A stretch of DNA of 64,000 bases from an uncultured Sphaerobacteraceae bacterium (GTDB lineage Bacteria; Chloroflexota; Chloroflexia; Thermomicrobiales; UBA6265), in NCBI GenBank assembly GCA_964526965.1, contig CAZGML010000005.1, positions 8,973 through 72,972 of the forward strand, given 5' to 3'. The position numbers and the translations under genes were made by a program. Each line of letters begins with the position of its first letter. Position 1 is the first letter of the stretch. This document shows, in pieces, positions 47,354-57,907 of this stretch. The notes below the pieces were generated by a model. That model was not told the origin of the DNA, made no database searches, and saw nothing but the letters and a program-made list of their open reading frames with translations.

Positions 47354-47406
47354 GGGCCTCACTTCGCTGAGCCAGGCGAGTTGGCTCGTGACATATCGAC
47401 ACGTTG

Positions 47407-47436
47407 AGTATAGTTTCGAACACTTGTTCGTGTCAA
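47407..47436 (-). promoter_or_regulatory. lexA promoter: TTGACA, 18-nt spacer, TATACT
   Basis: On the minus strand, TTGACA is at 47436-47431 and TATACT at 47412-47407. Confidence 0.7.
47417..47430. promoter_or_regulatory. SOS (Cheo-type) box CGAACACTTGTTCG
   Basis: This is a perfect GAAC-N4-GTTC palindrome inside the lexA promoter spacer. It lies in the 152-bp region shared with divergent mutS2. Confidence 0.8.
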
Positions 47437-47505
47437 CCCAAATCAGATCATCTGTTCGATGTTTAGGATATGCCCGCGCCTTCGGCCGGGATAAAGAGCA
47501 CATTT

Positions 47506-49926
47506 ATGATTTCTGAGCATACATTGAGAAAACTCGAATACGGGGAAATATTGGACAGGCTGGCACGCGAATGCCAATACTCCATCGCCTCCGAACGAGC
47601 CCGCGAACTGCGGCCCACCAGCAACCCGCAGAAAGTGGAATCCCTGCTGGCAACCACAAAGGAAGCCACTGAACTGCTGGTCCAGTTCCCCACGTTCACA
47701 GTTGGCGGTGCGCGTGATATTCGCGGTCTGATTGAGAAGTCCGGCAAGGGCAGTCGCTTGCAGCCGGGCGAGTTGATGCAGCTAATGGACACGCTGCGGG
47801 CCTCGAGAGACTTGCGCAATCACTTCCGCAAGTTGCCGGATTCCGCCGAGCGCTATCCGCAGTTGCAGGAGTTCGTTGATTCCATCGATAATTTCAGTTC
47901 TCTCGAAGCTGACCTCAATCGCACAATCGGGCCGCGCGGCGACGTGTTGGATGGAGCCAGCCCGCAACTAAGCCGAATTCGGCAAGAAGTACGTGTCGCA
48001 CACAGCAGGTTGCGTGATCGCTTGCAGAACTTCATCTCCGGGAGTCGTGCAAGTAGCGCATTGCAAGAGAACATCATCACCATGCGCGAAGGAAGGTATG
48101 TTGTCCCGGTTCGCGCTGAAGCACGTGGACTGATTAAGGGTATCGTGCACGACACCTCTTCCAGCGGGCACACTCTGTTCATCGAGCCGTTCGATGTTGT
48201 TGAGCTCAACAACCGTTGGCGTGAACAGCAACTGGAAGAGCAGCGGGAGGTTGATCGCATTCTCGATGTGATCACAGGCGTCGTTGGTGACCACGCCGAC
48301 GGCCTGGCCCGTATGATCGAGGCGATTGCAGACGTTGATTTGGCGATCGCCAAGGCCCGGCTTGCGGAAAATATGGAAGCAACCATGCCCCGGGTACATC
48401 GGGGGACCGGCGGACAAAAGGTGCGGAGTGAGGAATCCCGCCACTCCACCCATTACGTGAGGCTCGACCAGGCGCGGCATCCGCTGCTCGATAGCGAAAC
48501 TGTCGTCCCGATCGATTTGGAGATCGGAGACAAGTTCCGGGTGCTGCTCATCACTGGTCCGAACACCGGTGGTAAAACCGTAGCCCTCAAGACCGTCGGG
48601 TTGCTGTCGCTCATGGCGCAAACTGGGTTCTTTATCCCCGCGAACGACACCTCTGTTATCAGCGTGTTTCCTGATGTTTTCGTCGATATCGGCGACGAGC
48701 AAAGCATTGAGCAGAGTCTCAGTACCTTTAGCTCGCACATTACGAACATCATTGGCATGCTGGAGAAGGTCCACAGCGATAGCCTGGTGCTGTTGGACGA
48801 GGTTGGTGCAGGTACGGATCCCGAAGAGGGGTCTGCACTGGCCCGGGCGATTATCAATGAACTGCTGCAGCGCCGGGCCATGGTGATTGCGACCACACAC
48901 TATTCCGAAGTGAAGGCGTTTGCGTATGCCACGCCCGGTGTGGAGAACGCCAGTGTGGAGTTCGATGTTGCTTCACTTAAGCCTACCTACCGTCTCATGA
49001 TCGGTGTGCCGGGCAAATCCAACGCGCTTTCAATTGCATCGCGGTTAGGTGTGCCTCAACGCGTGATCGATCAGGCGGAATCGCTGCTTGATCCGGATGA
49101 TGAGGATGCCCAGCAACTTATCGACGATATCCGTACGCGACGAGATGACATCACTGCCGAACTTGAGAAGGCGAAGCAGGCGGACGAAGACGCTCGTGAA
49201 CTCCGACGGCGGGCATCGCGGGTTCTGCGCGAGGCGGAGAACATCAAGCGGGAAGCGCGTGCCGAAGCTTTGGCGGAAATCGAGCAAGAGCTTTCGGAGG
49301 CGAGAGAAGCGGCACGGGAGATTGATCGGGTTCGTCGCAGTGGTATAGGAGAGGTACCCGATCGTTCAGAAACTGCGCGCCGTATCAAGGCCGCCGAAGA
49401 GCAGGTGAGGGAAGTCGCGCGGAAGAAGCAGCCCTCGACCCCGCAGTTACAGGTCGACAAGACACCTATCAAACCGGGCGATCGTGTGCGGATTCTCGCG
49501 TTCGATGAGCTGGGAGATGTGGTGAGCGTCCACGGCAATGAAGTCGAAGTGATGATGGGCAGTATGAAAGTAAGACAGCCCATTTCGGCGCTGGAGCGAG
49601 TTGGGAAAGGCAAGGAGAAGCGGCGGGAGCAATCGGCCGCATCCGTTGCACGCGAGCGTCAGGCAGCCACTGGCAGCATGCCGGTGGAGCTCGATATTCG
49701 CGGCAAACGGGTCGATGAGGTTCCGCCAATCGTCGATAGCTACGTCAACGATGCCTACCTGCTGGGAATGCCGTACGTGCGTGTGATTCACGGCAAGGGA
49801 ACAGGCGCACTCCGCACCGTTGTGCGCGACCTGCTTAAAAACAGCCCGGCCGTTTCCGCCCTGGCAACGGCCGGGCCAAATGAAGGTGGCGATGGCGCGA
49901 CTGTCGTGCACCTGCGCCAGACTTAA
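47506..49926 (+). CDS. mutS2: Endonuclease MutS2 (MutS domain plus C-terminal Smr)
   Basis: The product contains ITGPNTGGKTV (Walker A). The Smr region is LDIRGKRVDEV...VIHGKGTGALR. The ATG at 47506 is preferred; the ORF track starts at 47470. Confidence 0.92.
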   Translation: MISEHTLRKLEYGEILDRLARECQYSIASERARELRPTSNPQKVESLLATTKEATELLVQFPTFTVGGARDIRGLIEKSGKGSRLQPGELMQLMDTLRASRDLRNHFRKLPDSAERYPQLQEFVDSIDNFSSLEADLNRTIGPRGDVLDGASPQLSRIRQEVRVAHSRLRDRLQNFISGSRASSALQENIITMREGRYVVPVRAEARGLIKGIVHDTSSSGHTLFIEPFDVVELNNRWREQQLEEQREVDRILDVITGVVGDHADGLARMIEAIADVDLAIAKARLAENMEATMPRVHRGTGGQKVRSEESRHSTHYVRLDQARHPLLDSETVVPIDLEIGDKFRVLLITGPNTGGKTVALKTVGLLSLMAQTGFFIPANDTSVISVFPDVFVDIGDEQSIEQSLSTFSSHITNIIGMLEKVHSDSLVLLDEVGAGTDPEEGSALARAIINELLQRRAMVIATTHYSEVKAFAYATPGVENASVEFDVASLKPTYRLMIGVPGKSNALSIASRLGVPQRVIDQAESLLDPDDEDAQQLIDDIRTRRDDITAELEKAKQADEDARELRRRASRVLREAENIKREARAEALAEIEQELSEAREAAREIDRVRRSGIGEVPDRSETARRIKAAEEQVREVARKKQPSTPQLQVDKTPIKPGDRVRILAFDELGDVVSVHGNEVEVMMGSMKVRQPISALERVGKGKEKRREQSAASVARERQAATGSMPVELDIRGKRVDEVPPIVDSYVNDAYLLGMPYVRVIHGKGTGALRTVVRDLLKNSPAVSALATAGPNEGGDGATVVHLRQT

Positions 49927-50882
49927 TCCTGGGCAATCTCACGGCGGAGGAGATCGTACAACACGATCGAGCCCGCCGTTGCGGCGTTAAGTGAATCAAC
50001 AGCGCCGCGCATGGGCAGGCTGATGATCACCTGACAACGCTTGCGCACGATCGGCGTGAGGCCGCTTCCCTCGGCACCGAGCACCAATCCGACAGGTGTT
50101 GGAATATCGGTTGTGAAGATATTTGTGTCGGATTCATCTTCATCCAGCCCAACAATCCACCGGCCGGATTCCTCGATCTTGTCCAATGCCCGTGCGAGGT
50201 TTGGCGTGAGCGCCACACGCAGATGCTCTACCGCACCAGCCGACGAGTTCACCACCGCCGGGGTCACACTGACCGATCGATCCTGCGGAATCACGATCCC
50301 GGCAATACCACTGGCGTCTGCCGCCCTCAGCAGGGTGCCGAAGTTCTGCGGATCGTTCAGGTGATCCATGATCAGGATCGTGCCTTCAGCCTCGATGACA
50401 TCCTCGAGATCGACATACTGGTAATCGCCGGTTTCCAGCGCGACCCCCTGGTGATTGCCGCCTTTGGTGAGGTCGTCCAGCAGCATGCGTGGGACGCGGT
50501 CGAGCAGCACCTCCTGTTGTTGAGCCAGGTCAATGGTCTCTTGAATACGATCATCCTCACGCACGCCTTCGGCAATGAAGAGCCGGCTGTGGTTCCGCTT
50601 TCGCGCCCGGAGGGCTTCGCGCACGGCGTTGCGACCGTACAGGAGATCACCTTTTATTTGGATCCCCGGTGTGCGTTGTCGGGCAGGACGGCGCTCCCTG
50701 GGGCCGCTATCCGCAGCCGGTTTACGACCTCGCGGTCCGCCGCGACGATCGTCCTCAAATCGATTCCTGTTGCCGCGTTGTTGCCGCGGGCCGCCCTGCG
50801 GCCGGCCGCCTCGTTGCGATGTGGGATTGTTACGACGACTTCCAGGTCGTCCCCTGTCGGGTGTCTTCAATAGTGACTCCAA
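49923..50882 (-). CDS. rlmB: SpoU/TrmH-family 23S rRNA 2'-O-methyltransferase (RlmB-like) with a roughly 70-aa Arg/Gly-rich N-terminal extension
   Basis: The core contains LYGRNAVREAL, IVIPQDRSV and LVLGAEGSGL. The N-terminus reads RGRPGSRRNNPTSQRGGRPQGGPRQQRGNRNRFEDDRRGGPRGRK. Confidence 0.82.
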   Translation of the reverse strand: MESLLKTPDRGRPGSRRNNPTSQRGGRPQGGPRQQRGNRNRFEDDRRGGPRGRKPAADSGPRERRPARQRTPGIQIKGDLLYGRNAVREALRARKRNHSRLFIAEGVREDDRIQETIDLAQQQEVLLDRVPRMLLDDLTKGGNHQGVALETGDYQYVDLEDVIEAEGTILIMDHLNDPQNFGTLLRAADASGIAGIVIPQDRSVSVTPAVVNSSAGAVEHLRVALTPNLARALDKIEESGRWIVGLDEDESDTNIFTTDIPTPVGLVLGAEGSGLTPIVRKRCQVIISLPMRGAVDSLNAATAGSIVLYDLLRREIAQD

Positions 50883-52230
50883 GTTCGCTCAGTTGATCCC
50901 GTACCTTGTCGGCAAGTTCAAACTGGCGAGCTGCGCGCAGGTCGTTGCGCACGGCAACGAGCAAGTCGATGAATGGTGCTGCGTCTTGCAGCGAGGTTGG
51001 TTGTTCGTAAGTGAGGTCCAGCCCGAGAATCTCCGCGAGTTTCTTCAGGTTCACGCGAGCATCTTCCACCGATGTCGAAACGGCGTCCGCAGAGCGGGCA
51101 CGGTTGATTGCACGGGCGAGATCGTACATGGCTGCTACGGCAACTGGCGTATCGAAGTCGTTTCGCATGGCCTGGTGGAACCGGTTTTCCACGTCGGTGA
51201 CCAACGAATCGAGCTCGGCATCGCGCGCGTCGCTAGCTGGCGAATCCAGTTCCCGAGCAGCAGCCCGCAAGCGATCGAGGCCGTTTTGGGCGGCTTCGAG
51301 TCCTTCTTCGGTCCAGGTTAGTGGCATGCGGTAGTGCGACCCCAGTACCTGCAGGCGGAACGCCATGGCCCTGCCTTGCTCAACGATGTCTCGCAGTCGC
51401 ACGACGTTGCCAATGGATTTGGACATTTTGTCGCTGCCAAGTTGCAGCAGGCCATTGTGCATCCAGTAGCGTGCGAATCGATTGTCGAAATAGGATTCGG
51501 ACTGTGCGATTTCGTTCTCGTGATGCGGAAAGATCAGGTCGGCACCACCACCGTGGATATCGATCTGGTCACCAAGGTGATGAGCGCACATCGCCGAGCA
51601 CTCAATGTGCCAACCTGGGCGGCCATCGCTCCAGGGGCTCGACCACGTTGGCTCTCCCGGCTTGGCTGCCTTCCAGAGCGCAAAGTCGAGCGGATCGTCC
51701 TTATGCTCGCCGGCGGCGATACGCGCACCAACGAGGAGCTCTTCGATTTCCCGGTTGCTCAACTTGCCATATTCATCGAAGCTGCGCACGCGGAAGTAAA
51801 CATCACCATTAGCCTGGTAGGCGTGACCTTTTTCGATCAACCCCTCGATCATCTTGATGATCTGCGGCATATCCTCTGTGGCACGAGGGCTGATCGTCGC
51901 CTTCATCACATTGAAAGCAGCCATTTCTTCCTGCCAGGTGTCGATGAGTCCCTGTGTGAGCTCATTCTCCTCGATTCCGAGTTCGGCGGCCCGGGCGATG
52001 ATTTTGTCATCGATGTCTGTGAAGTTCTGGGCGTAGGTAACCTCGTAGCCACTGTATTCGAGATAGCGACGGATGGCATCGAAGGCGATACTGCTCATGC
52101 CATGTCCGATGTGTGCATGGTCGTAAACAGTCACACCGCAGACATACATACGAACCTTGCCCGGTTCGATTGTTTCAAACGGTTCAGTTTTGCGCGTGAG
52201 GGTGTTGTAGATGGAGATTGGTTGCTGCAT
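50830..52230 (-). CDS. cysS: Cysteinyl-tRNA synthetase
   Basis: The HIGH motif is HIGHGMS and the KMSKS motif is DKMSKSIGN. Confidence 0.96.
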   Translation of the reverse strand: MQQPISIYNTLTRKTEPFETIEPGKVRMYVCGVTVYDHAHIGHGMSSIAFDAIRRYLEYSGYEVTYAQNFTDIDDKIIARAAELGIEENELTQGLIDTWQEEMAAFNVMKATISPRATEDMPQIIKMIEGLIEKGHAYQANGDVYFRVRSFDEYGKLSNREIEELLVGARIAAGEHKDDPLDFALWKAAKPGEPTWSSPWSDGRPGWHIECSAMCAHHLGDQIDIHGGGADLIFPHHENEIAQSESYFDNRFARYWMHNGLLQLGSDKMSKSIGNVVRLRDIVEQGRAMAFRLQVLGSHYRMPLTWTEEGLEAAQNGLDRLRAAARELDSPASDARDAELDSLVTDVENRFHQAMRNDFDTPVAVAAMYDLARAINRARSADAVSTSVEDARVNLKKLAEILGLDLTYEQPTSLQDAAPFIDLLVAVRNDLRAARQFELADKVRDQLSELGVTIEDTRQGTTWKSS

Positions 52231-52386
52231 CTTTATGCTCCTGGTCTGTGCTTGAAATGATAGGTCAAGGGCACAAGGGGCCGGCCGACTTACGCGGCAG
52301 ACCCCTCAGTACAGACGCAGCAGAAGGCGCACACATTGTATGTAACCGTGTTGGGTGTTCGGTTGTATGTGTGCGTACGCATGATG

Positions 52387-52719
52387 TTAATCGGCCGATG
52401 CTGGAGCAGGCGCTGCGTTGGTCTGCGCAGGCTCGCTTTCGGATTTCTTCGTCGTCTCTGTTTCGGCGGGGCTATCGCTGGCTCCATTGCTGGAGGCAGT
52501 TGCCTTGTCCGGATCCTGAACGCCACCAACGGGATCGCTGGTTGGGCGGGAATCGGTGACGTACCAGCCACTTCCCTTGAATACGATGGGCGAGGCATGA
52601 ATAACCCGGCGCACGGGCTTGCCGCAGACATCGCAGTCAGTCAACGCGTCGTCAGAAAAGCTCTGGCGCGCTTCAAAGACGTGATCGCACTCGATACCAC
52701 GATACTGATAAACGGGCAT
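52387..52719 (-). CDS. FmdB-family zinc-ribbon protein with a low-complexity tail
   Basis: The product begins MPVYQYRGIECDHVFEARQSFSDDALTDCDVCGKPVRRV. Confidence 0.8.
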   Translation of the reverse strand: MPVYQYRGIECDHVFEARQSFSDDALTDCDVCGKPVRRVIHASPIVFKGSGWYVTDSRPTSDPVGGVQDPDKATASSNGASDSPAETETTKKSESEPAQTNAAPAPASAD

Positions 52720-52800
52720 TTTACCCACCACTCCTGTTTAGTGAACTGAAATACACGTGGCCCGCGGAATGCGGGCGACATATAGTTTACCAACTCTTGG

Positions 52801-55557
52801 CTATTCCGGCTCGTACGGGCTCATATCCTCCCAGTTCAGGCCGGTTCGCATCTCTACGATGATGGGCACAACGAGTTTGAACGCGTTCTCCATGGTGGAT
52901 TGCAGGAGCCTCGCGATGTCACTCAACCGCGATTCATTAACCTCAAGAACGAGTTCGTCGTGTACCTGCAGCAGCATGTTCGCTGGCAGCTTCTGATCGG
53001 CAAGTTTCTTCTGGAGATCGATCATAGCGAGTTTGATGATATCCGCCTGGGTGCCCTGAATCGGCATGTTCATCGCCATGCGAACTGCACCCTGCCGGCG
53101 CATGCGATTGCTGCTGTTGAGGTCCGGCAGATATCGACGTCTTCCAGCGAGCGTCTGCACGTACCCATGATCTTTTCCGAACTGGATCTGGTCATCGAAG
53201 AACTTGCGCACGCCCGGGAGTCGCTCCCAGTAGCGATCGATGAAGGCCTGTGCCTCCGCGCGCGGCAAGCCGGTATCACGGCTCAGTCCGTACGCCTGCA
53301 TACCGTAGAGGATGCCGAAGTTCACGGTTTTGGCGATACTTCGCTGTTCCCTGTCGACATCCGCGATATCAACATCGTGGATAAGCGCGGCTGTGGCGCG
53401 GTGAATATCCTCACCCTGGTTGAACGAATCCAGCAGTGCCGGGTCGCCACTCATGTGGGCAAGGATTCGCAGTTCCATCTGTGAGTAGTCGGCACCAAGC
53501 AAAATGGCGTTATCCACCAGTTTGTATTCGTCGCGACGGTCCGCCACGAAGGCTCGTCGGATTCGACGCCCCATCTCCGTACGGACCGGGATGTTCTGCA
53601 GGTTCGGGTTCGTACTGGCGAGCCGACCTGTCGCCGCTACGGTCTGGTTGAACGTAGTGTGAACGCGACCATCTTCTTCATTGACGTACGTAGGTAGCGC
53701 ATCTGCATAGGTTGACTTGAGCTTGGAAAGCGAGCGGTGTTCCAGGATCAGCTCGACGATTTCATGCTCGTTCCGAATACCTTCCAACACTTCGGAATCG
53801 ACCGAATAGCCGGTCTTGGTCTTGCGGCCGGGCGTGAGTTTGAACTCGTCGAAGAGGAGGGTAGACATCTGTTTGTTGCTGGCGATGCTTACCGGCCTGC
53901 CGGCAAGTTCATCTGCCTTTTCATCGATCTCCAGGATTCGCTTGCCCATCTCCCCGGCAAAATTGGTCAGTTCATCCGGGTCGATTGCGATGCCACAGCG
54001 TTCCATGTGCATGAGTACGTTCACGAGCGGCAACTCGATCGACTCGTTAAGCTCCATTTGCGACCGGTCTTCGAGCTCTTTGCGAAGCTGGTCGACCAGC
54101 GCGAAGGTGCACTCGACATCGGCCATTGCGTACGGGGCAGCGAGCTCGATGGAAACGGTATCCATCGTCTTCTGATTCCGGCCCGTGCCAATCAGTTCAG
54201 AGATTTCCGATTGCTGGATACCCAGTCGGTTGAACGAGAGATCCTTGAGGCGCATTGAGTTCTCGCCCAACAGGTACGCCGCGATCATCGTATCGAAGCT
54301 GATTGGCTGGTCGCTATATCCGTGGCGAATGAGTACCTGGAGATCGTACTTGCCGTGGTGCGTATAGACCTTCACATCATCGCTGGCAATGACGGGATCG
54401 AGCGCTTCCCGCACGGTATCGGCACTGAGCTGCTCACCTTCGTTATGGCCGACGGGAACGTAGAAGCTCTCGTGGTCGCTCACCGCGAGAGCGATACCAA
54501 CAAGCACCGCTGTCATCGGGTCTGTTGAAGTGGTCTCCACGTCCAGCGCTACTTCGCCAACTTCCTTGATCCGGGAGAGCATTGTCTCTAGATCGTCCTC
54601 GGTGGTGACGATTTTCTGGATGCTCTCCGGCTTTGCTTCTACCGTTTCATCGAACTTCTCGGCGGGAATGCGAGTTGATTCCGGTAATTTGTTCAGCAAT
54701 CCGCGGAACTCAAGTGTCTGGAAGAGCTCGATAACAGCATCGCGATCGTAATCACCAAGGTGTGCCGATTCGAGATCGAACTTGAGATTCATATCGGTCA
54801 CGATGGTGGCGAGGTGCTTGCTTTCCAGCGCCTGCTCCAGGTTGCCGTTAAGGGCATTGCGGGCGCGGGTTGGGGTTAGGTCTTCCTGGTTTTTGAAGAT
54901 CTCCTCAACACTGCCGAACTCCGCTATGAGCTTCTTGGCTGTTTTGTCACCGATCCCCGGAACACCGGGAATGTTGTCCGACGTATCGCCCACAAGCGCC
55001 TTGTAATCGGGTACGTATTCGGGTCCGAAGCCAAATCTCTCTACAACTTCATCCGGCCCGTACTCGCGGATATCACCGAAGCGACGCGCCCCTGGCAGCA
55101 CGATCGTTACTTTCGGCGCCGCGAGTTGCAGCAGGTCGGAATCACCGGTGATAACGATCACCTCGTGTCCGTCTTCGGCAAGCTCCTTGCTCAACGTGCC
55201 AATAATGTCGTCGGCCTCGTAGTTTTCCTGCATCTCAATCGGAATGCCGAGTGCATCGATCAGCTCGCGTACGCGGTCGAGTTGCTCACGCAGGTCCTCT
55301 GGCATCTCCTCGCGGGTGCCCTTGTATTCCGGGTAGAGGTCGTGGCGGAAAGTCTTTCCGGTTTCCATTGCAATAGCCACGTGCGTTGGCTTTCGCTGTT
55401 CCAACACATCCAGCAGCATGCTGGCGAACCCGTACACCGCGTTGGTTTGCTCTCCGGAGGAGGTGCTCAACGTTGGGGGAATTGCAAAATATGCGCGAAA
55501 AATAAGGCCGAATCCATCGACCAAAACAATAGAGCCGGGTGTTTTAGTTGAGGTCAT
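52801..55557 (-). CDS. polA: DNA polymerase I
   Basis: The 918-aa product contains [12 protein letters not shown] and QVHDELVLE. The 5' nuclease N-terminus reads [14 protein letters not shown]. Confidence 0.97.
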   Translation of the reverse strand: MTSTKTPGSIVLVDGFGLIFRAYFAIPPTLSTSSGEQTNAVYGFASMLLDVLEQRKPTHVAIAMETGKTFRHDLYPEYKGTREEMPEDLREQLDRVRELIDALGIPIEMQENYEADDIIGTLSKELAEDGHEVIVITGDSDLLQLAAPKVTIVLPGARRFGDIREYGPDEVVERFGFGPEYVPDYKALVGDTSDNIPGVPGIGDKTAKKLIAEFGSVEEIFKNQEDLTPTRARNALNGNLEQALESKHLATIVTDMNLKFDLESAHLGDYDRDAVIELFQTLEFRGLLNKLPESTRIPAEKFDETVEAKPESIQKIVTTEDDLETMLSRIKEVGEVALDVETTSTDPMTAVLVGIALAVSDHESFYVPVGHNEGEQLSADTVREALDPVIASDDVKVYTHHGKYDLQVLIRHGYSDQPISFDTMIAAYLLGENSMRLKDLSFNRLGIQQSEISELIGTGRNQKTMDTVSIELAAPYAMADVECTFALVDQLRKELEDRSQMELNESIELPLVNVLMHMERCGIAIDPDELTNFAGEMGKRILEIDEKADELAGRPVSIASNKQMSTLLFDEFKLTPGRKTKTGYSVDSEVLEGIRNEHEIVELILEHRSLSKLKSTYADALPTYVNEEDGRVHTTFNQTVAATGRLASTNPNLQNIPVRTEMGRRIRRAFVADRRDEYKLVDNAILLGADYSQMELRILAHMSGDPALLDSFNQGEDIHRATAALIHDVDIADVDREQRSIAKTVNFGILYGMQAYGLSRDTGLPRAEAQAFIDRYWERLPGVRKFFDDQIQFGKDHGYVQTLAGRRRYLPDLNSSNRMRRQGAVRMAMNMPIQGTQADIIKLAMIDLQKKLADQKLPANMLLQVHDELVLEVNESRLSDIARLLQSTMENAFKLVVPIIVEMRTGLNWEDMSPYEPE

Positions 55558-55691
55558 GCATCACTCCGGAGGGAATTCAGAACACGTGTACCAATATCGC
55601 TAGTATAGAACCATCGTCAGGGATACGGCGTATCTCGTTATACTGGACGCATACGTACCAGCCCGCGCCACATTGGAGCCCAGTTCACAAC

Positions 55692-56666
55692 ATGGATTCA
55701 TCTTTCATTCGATCATTGGTAGAAACCACTGCAGATAACGTGGAGCGCGTGATCATTGGCAAGCGCCGCGAAGTCGAACTGGTAATGACAGCGCTGCTTT
55801 GCAAGGGGCATGTGCTGATTGAGGACGTTCCCGGCGTCGGCAAAACGGTGCTCACCAAGGCGATTGCGCGAAGTATCGGGAGCTCTTTCAAACGCATTCA
55901 ATTCACGCCGGATTTGCTGCCGAGCGACGTTACTGGTGTGAACATCTTCAACCAGCAACGAAGCGAGTTTGAGTTCCGCCCTGGTCCCATTGTGAGTCAA
56001 ATGGTGCTTGCCGATGAAATCAACCGCGCCACGCCGAAAACGCAGTCGGCATTGCTTGAGGCGATGGAGGAGGGGCAGGTGACCATCGATGGTGCCACCC
56101 ACCTGCTGCCGCAACCGTTCGTCGTACTCGCTACCGAGAATCCGATCGATTACGAGGGCACTTTCCCTCTACCTGAGGCCCAGCTCGACCGTTTCCTGAT
56201 TCGGGTTGCGCTTGGCTACCCTGGCCGACAGGGCGAGCTCGAGATGCTGGATCGCCAGCACCAGCGACACCCGCTGGAGAATGTGCGCCAGGTGATTTCG
56301 GTCGATGATCTTCGAGCCGCCCAGGAGGCGGTGAAAAGCGTTCACGTTGCCCAATCGGTGCGTGAGTACATCGTCACGTTGGTAGAAGCAACCCGTAACC
56401 ACGACGATGTTTTCCTTGGAGCTAGCCCGCGTGGTTCGCTCGCGCTGTTCAATACGGCTCGCGCCTGGGCAGCGATACGCGGTCGCGATTTCGTGCTACC
56501 AGACGATGTGAAGTTCCTCGCGGAGCCAACGCTTTCGCACCGCATCATCGTCGGACCAGCTGCTCGCATGCAGGGCTACGATAGCCGCAACGTCGTCAAT
56601 GATTTACTTCGCAATATCCCGGTTCCCCAGCAAACACAGGAAATGCGCTCCCCGGCGCCGGTGTAG
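55692..56666 (+). CDS. MoxR-family AAA+ ATPase
   Basis: The product contains [13 protein letters not shown] (Walker A), [21 protein letters not shown] and [20 protein letters not shown]. The start is the ATG at 55692. Confidence 0.9.
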   Translation: MDSSFIRSLVETTADNVERVIIGKRREVELVMTALLCKGHVLIEDVPGVGKTVLTKAIARSIGSSFKRIQFTPDLLPSDVTGVNIFNQQRSEFEFRPGPIVSQMVLADEINRATPKTQSALLEAMEEGQVTIDGATHLLPQPFVVLATENPIDYEGTFPLPEAQLDRFLIRVALGYPGRQGELEMLDRQHQRHPLENVRQVISVDDLRAAQEAVKSVHVAQSVREYIVTLVEATRNHDDVFLGASPRGSLALFNTARAWAAIRGRDFVLPDDVKFLAEPTLSHRIIVGPAARMQGYDSRNVVNDLLRNIPVPQQTQEMRSPAPV

Positions 56667-56668
56667 CC

Positions 56669-57907
56669 ATGGGTTGGTCGCGACTTCTTCTTCTCATCGC
56701 AGTTCTCCTGTTCGCATCAATCACCTGGGATCTCGCGGTACTCGACCGGGTGATCGCGGCGATGGTGGTTGTGCTCATGCTCGCCTGGCTATGGAATCGA
56801 CTGAGTCTGAGCGGAATCGGATTCGAGCGCCATTTGCAGAACGATCGGGTCAACGTGGGTGAACGGGTGGTGGAAGAAATCACGCTCACCAACCATTCGC
56901 GCATCCCCAAGTTATGGATAGAAGTTGTTGACGGAAGCAGTCTGCCTGGTCATATGGCTGGCAGGGTGGTTTCGCTGAGTGGAAAGAGTTCCGTCACGTG
57001 GCAGGTTGAGACGATTGCTGTGAGACGAGGCAGGTACAAGCTGGGACCGATCCGCATCGCGGCCGGGGATCCGATTGGATTGTTCAACTCGCAAGAACTC
57101 CTGCCCGTATCGCACAACTTGATGGTCTATCCGGCCCACGTAGACGTCAGCGGTATTCAGTTGCCAACGGCGCGACTGGACGGCGGATTCGTCGCCCCGA
57201 GGATGTCGATGCCGAGTTCGGCCACGTTCAACACCATTCGCGAATATCGTCCGGGAGACCCAATGAACCGGATTGCGTGGCGTGCGACGGCTCATCGTGG
57301 CTCGATGATGGTGAAAGAGTTTGATCCTGACCCAACCGCTGACATCTGGATACTGCTGGATTTGAACGACGATGGTCAGTTCGATTTACACCATCGCGAG
57401 AAGATCCCCGGTGCGTACCGACACCTGAACACCACAGTGGAATATATCGTTTCGATTGGCGCATCGCTGGCAACAGAACAACTAAAACTGGGCAAGAAAG
57501 TGGGCCTTATCCTGAATCGGCGAAACCCCATTCGACTGGAGCCGGATAACTCTGAGCGACAGTGGTTCCGCATCTCAGAGACTCTCGCTGTGGTGACCAG
57601 CTCGGGCTCGCGTTCGATTACGGAGTCCATTACGGCGGACCATCAACGGTTCACCCGCAACAGCGGATTGGTGGTTGTAACGGCCGACCCTCGCTCCGAT
57701 TGGGTTGCTGCTGGTGCATCGCTGGTGGAGCGGCTCGTACCTGTCACCGCAGTTGTGGTGGATGCCGGCGGAGAAGGGCAGGATGATATCGGTCCGCTCC
57801 TGCATCGCCTTGCCTCTGCCCGAGTACACGCTCACCGATACCCCACGCACACGGCCCCGACTCATACAACTCCGGATGTACCATTGATTCATGAACATGT
57901 CAGCTGA
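56669..57907 (+). CDS. DUF58-domain protein (MoxR partner, vWA-like)
   Basis: Two N-terminal TM segments are followed by IREYRPGDPMNRIAWRATAHRGSMMVKEF. Confidence 0.82.
   Translation: MGWSRLLLLIAVLLFASITWDLAVLDRVIAAMVVVLMLAWLWNRLSLSGIGFERHLQNDRVNVGERVVEEITLTNHSRIPKLWIEVVDGSSLPGHMAGRVVSLSGKSSVTWQVETIAVRRGRYKLGPIRIAAGDPIGLFNSQELLPVSHNLMVYPAHVDVSGIQLPTARLDGGFVAPRMSMPSSATFNTIREYRPGDPMNRIAWRATAHRGSMMVKEFDPDPTADIWILLDLNDDGQFDLHHREKIPGAYRHLNTTVEYIVSIGASLATEQLKLGKKVGLILNRRNPIRLEPDNSERQWFRISETLAVVTSSGSRSITESITADHQRFTRNSGLVVVTADPRSDWVAAGASLVERLVPVTAVVVDAGGEGQDDIGPLLHRLASARVHAHRYPTHTAPTHTTPDVPLIHEHVS

Noticed and set aside
47968-48900. A 310-aa minus-strand ORF. Similar long antisense ORFs occur at 3200-4135, 36289-37206, 59455-60246 and 51334-52260.
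   Set aside because: All of them lie opposite strongly supported genes (mutS2, pnp, gyrA, the transglutaminase gene and cysS). I treat them as GC-driven shadow ORFs.
52231-52386. A T-box leader upstream of cysS.
   Set aside because: The gap is only about 155 nt. I could not find the conserved T-box sequence (…GGTGGTACCGCG…) or a specifier-loop arrangement. The imperfect hairpin at about 52283-52311 is better explained as the terminator of the upstream FmdB-like gene.
55580-55591. GAACACGTGTAC in the polA/moxR divergent region, read as a second SOS box.
   Set aside because: It has one mismatch to GAAC-N4-GTTC in a critical half-site position (GTAC rather than GTTC). The palindromic core is really ACACGTGT. 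This is not enough to call a LexA site without binding data.
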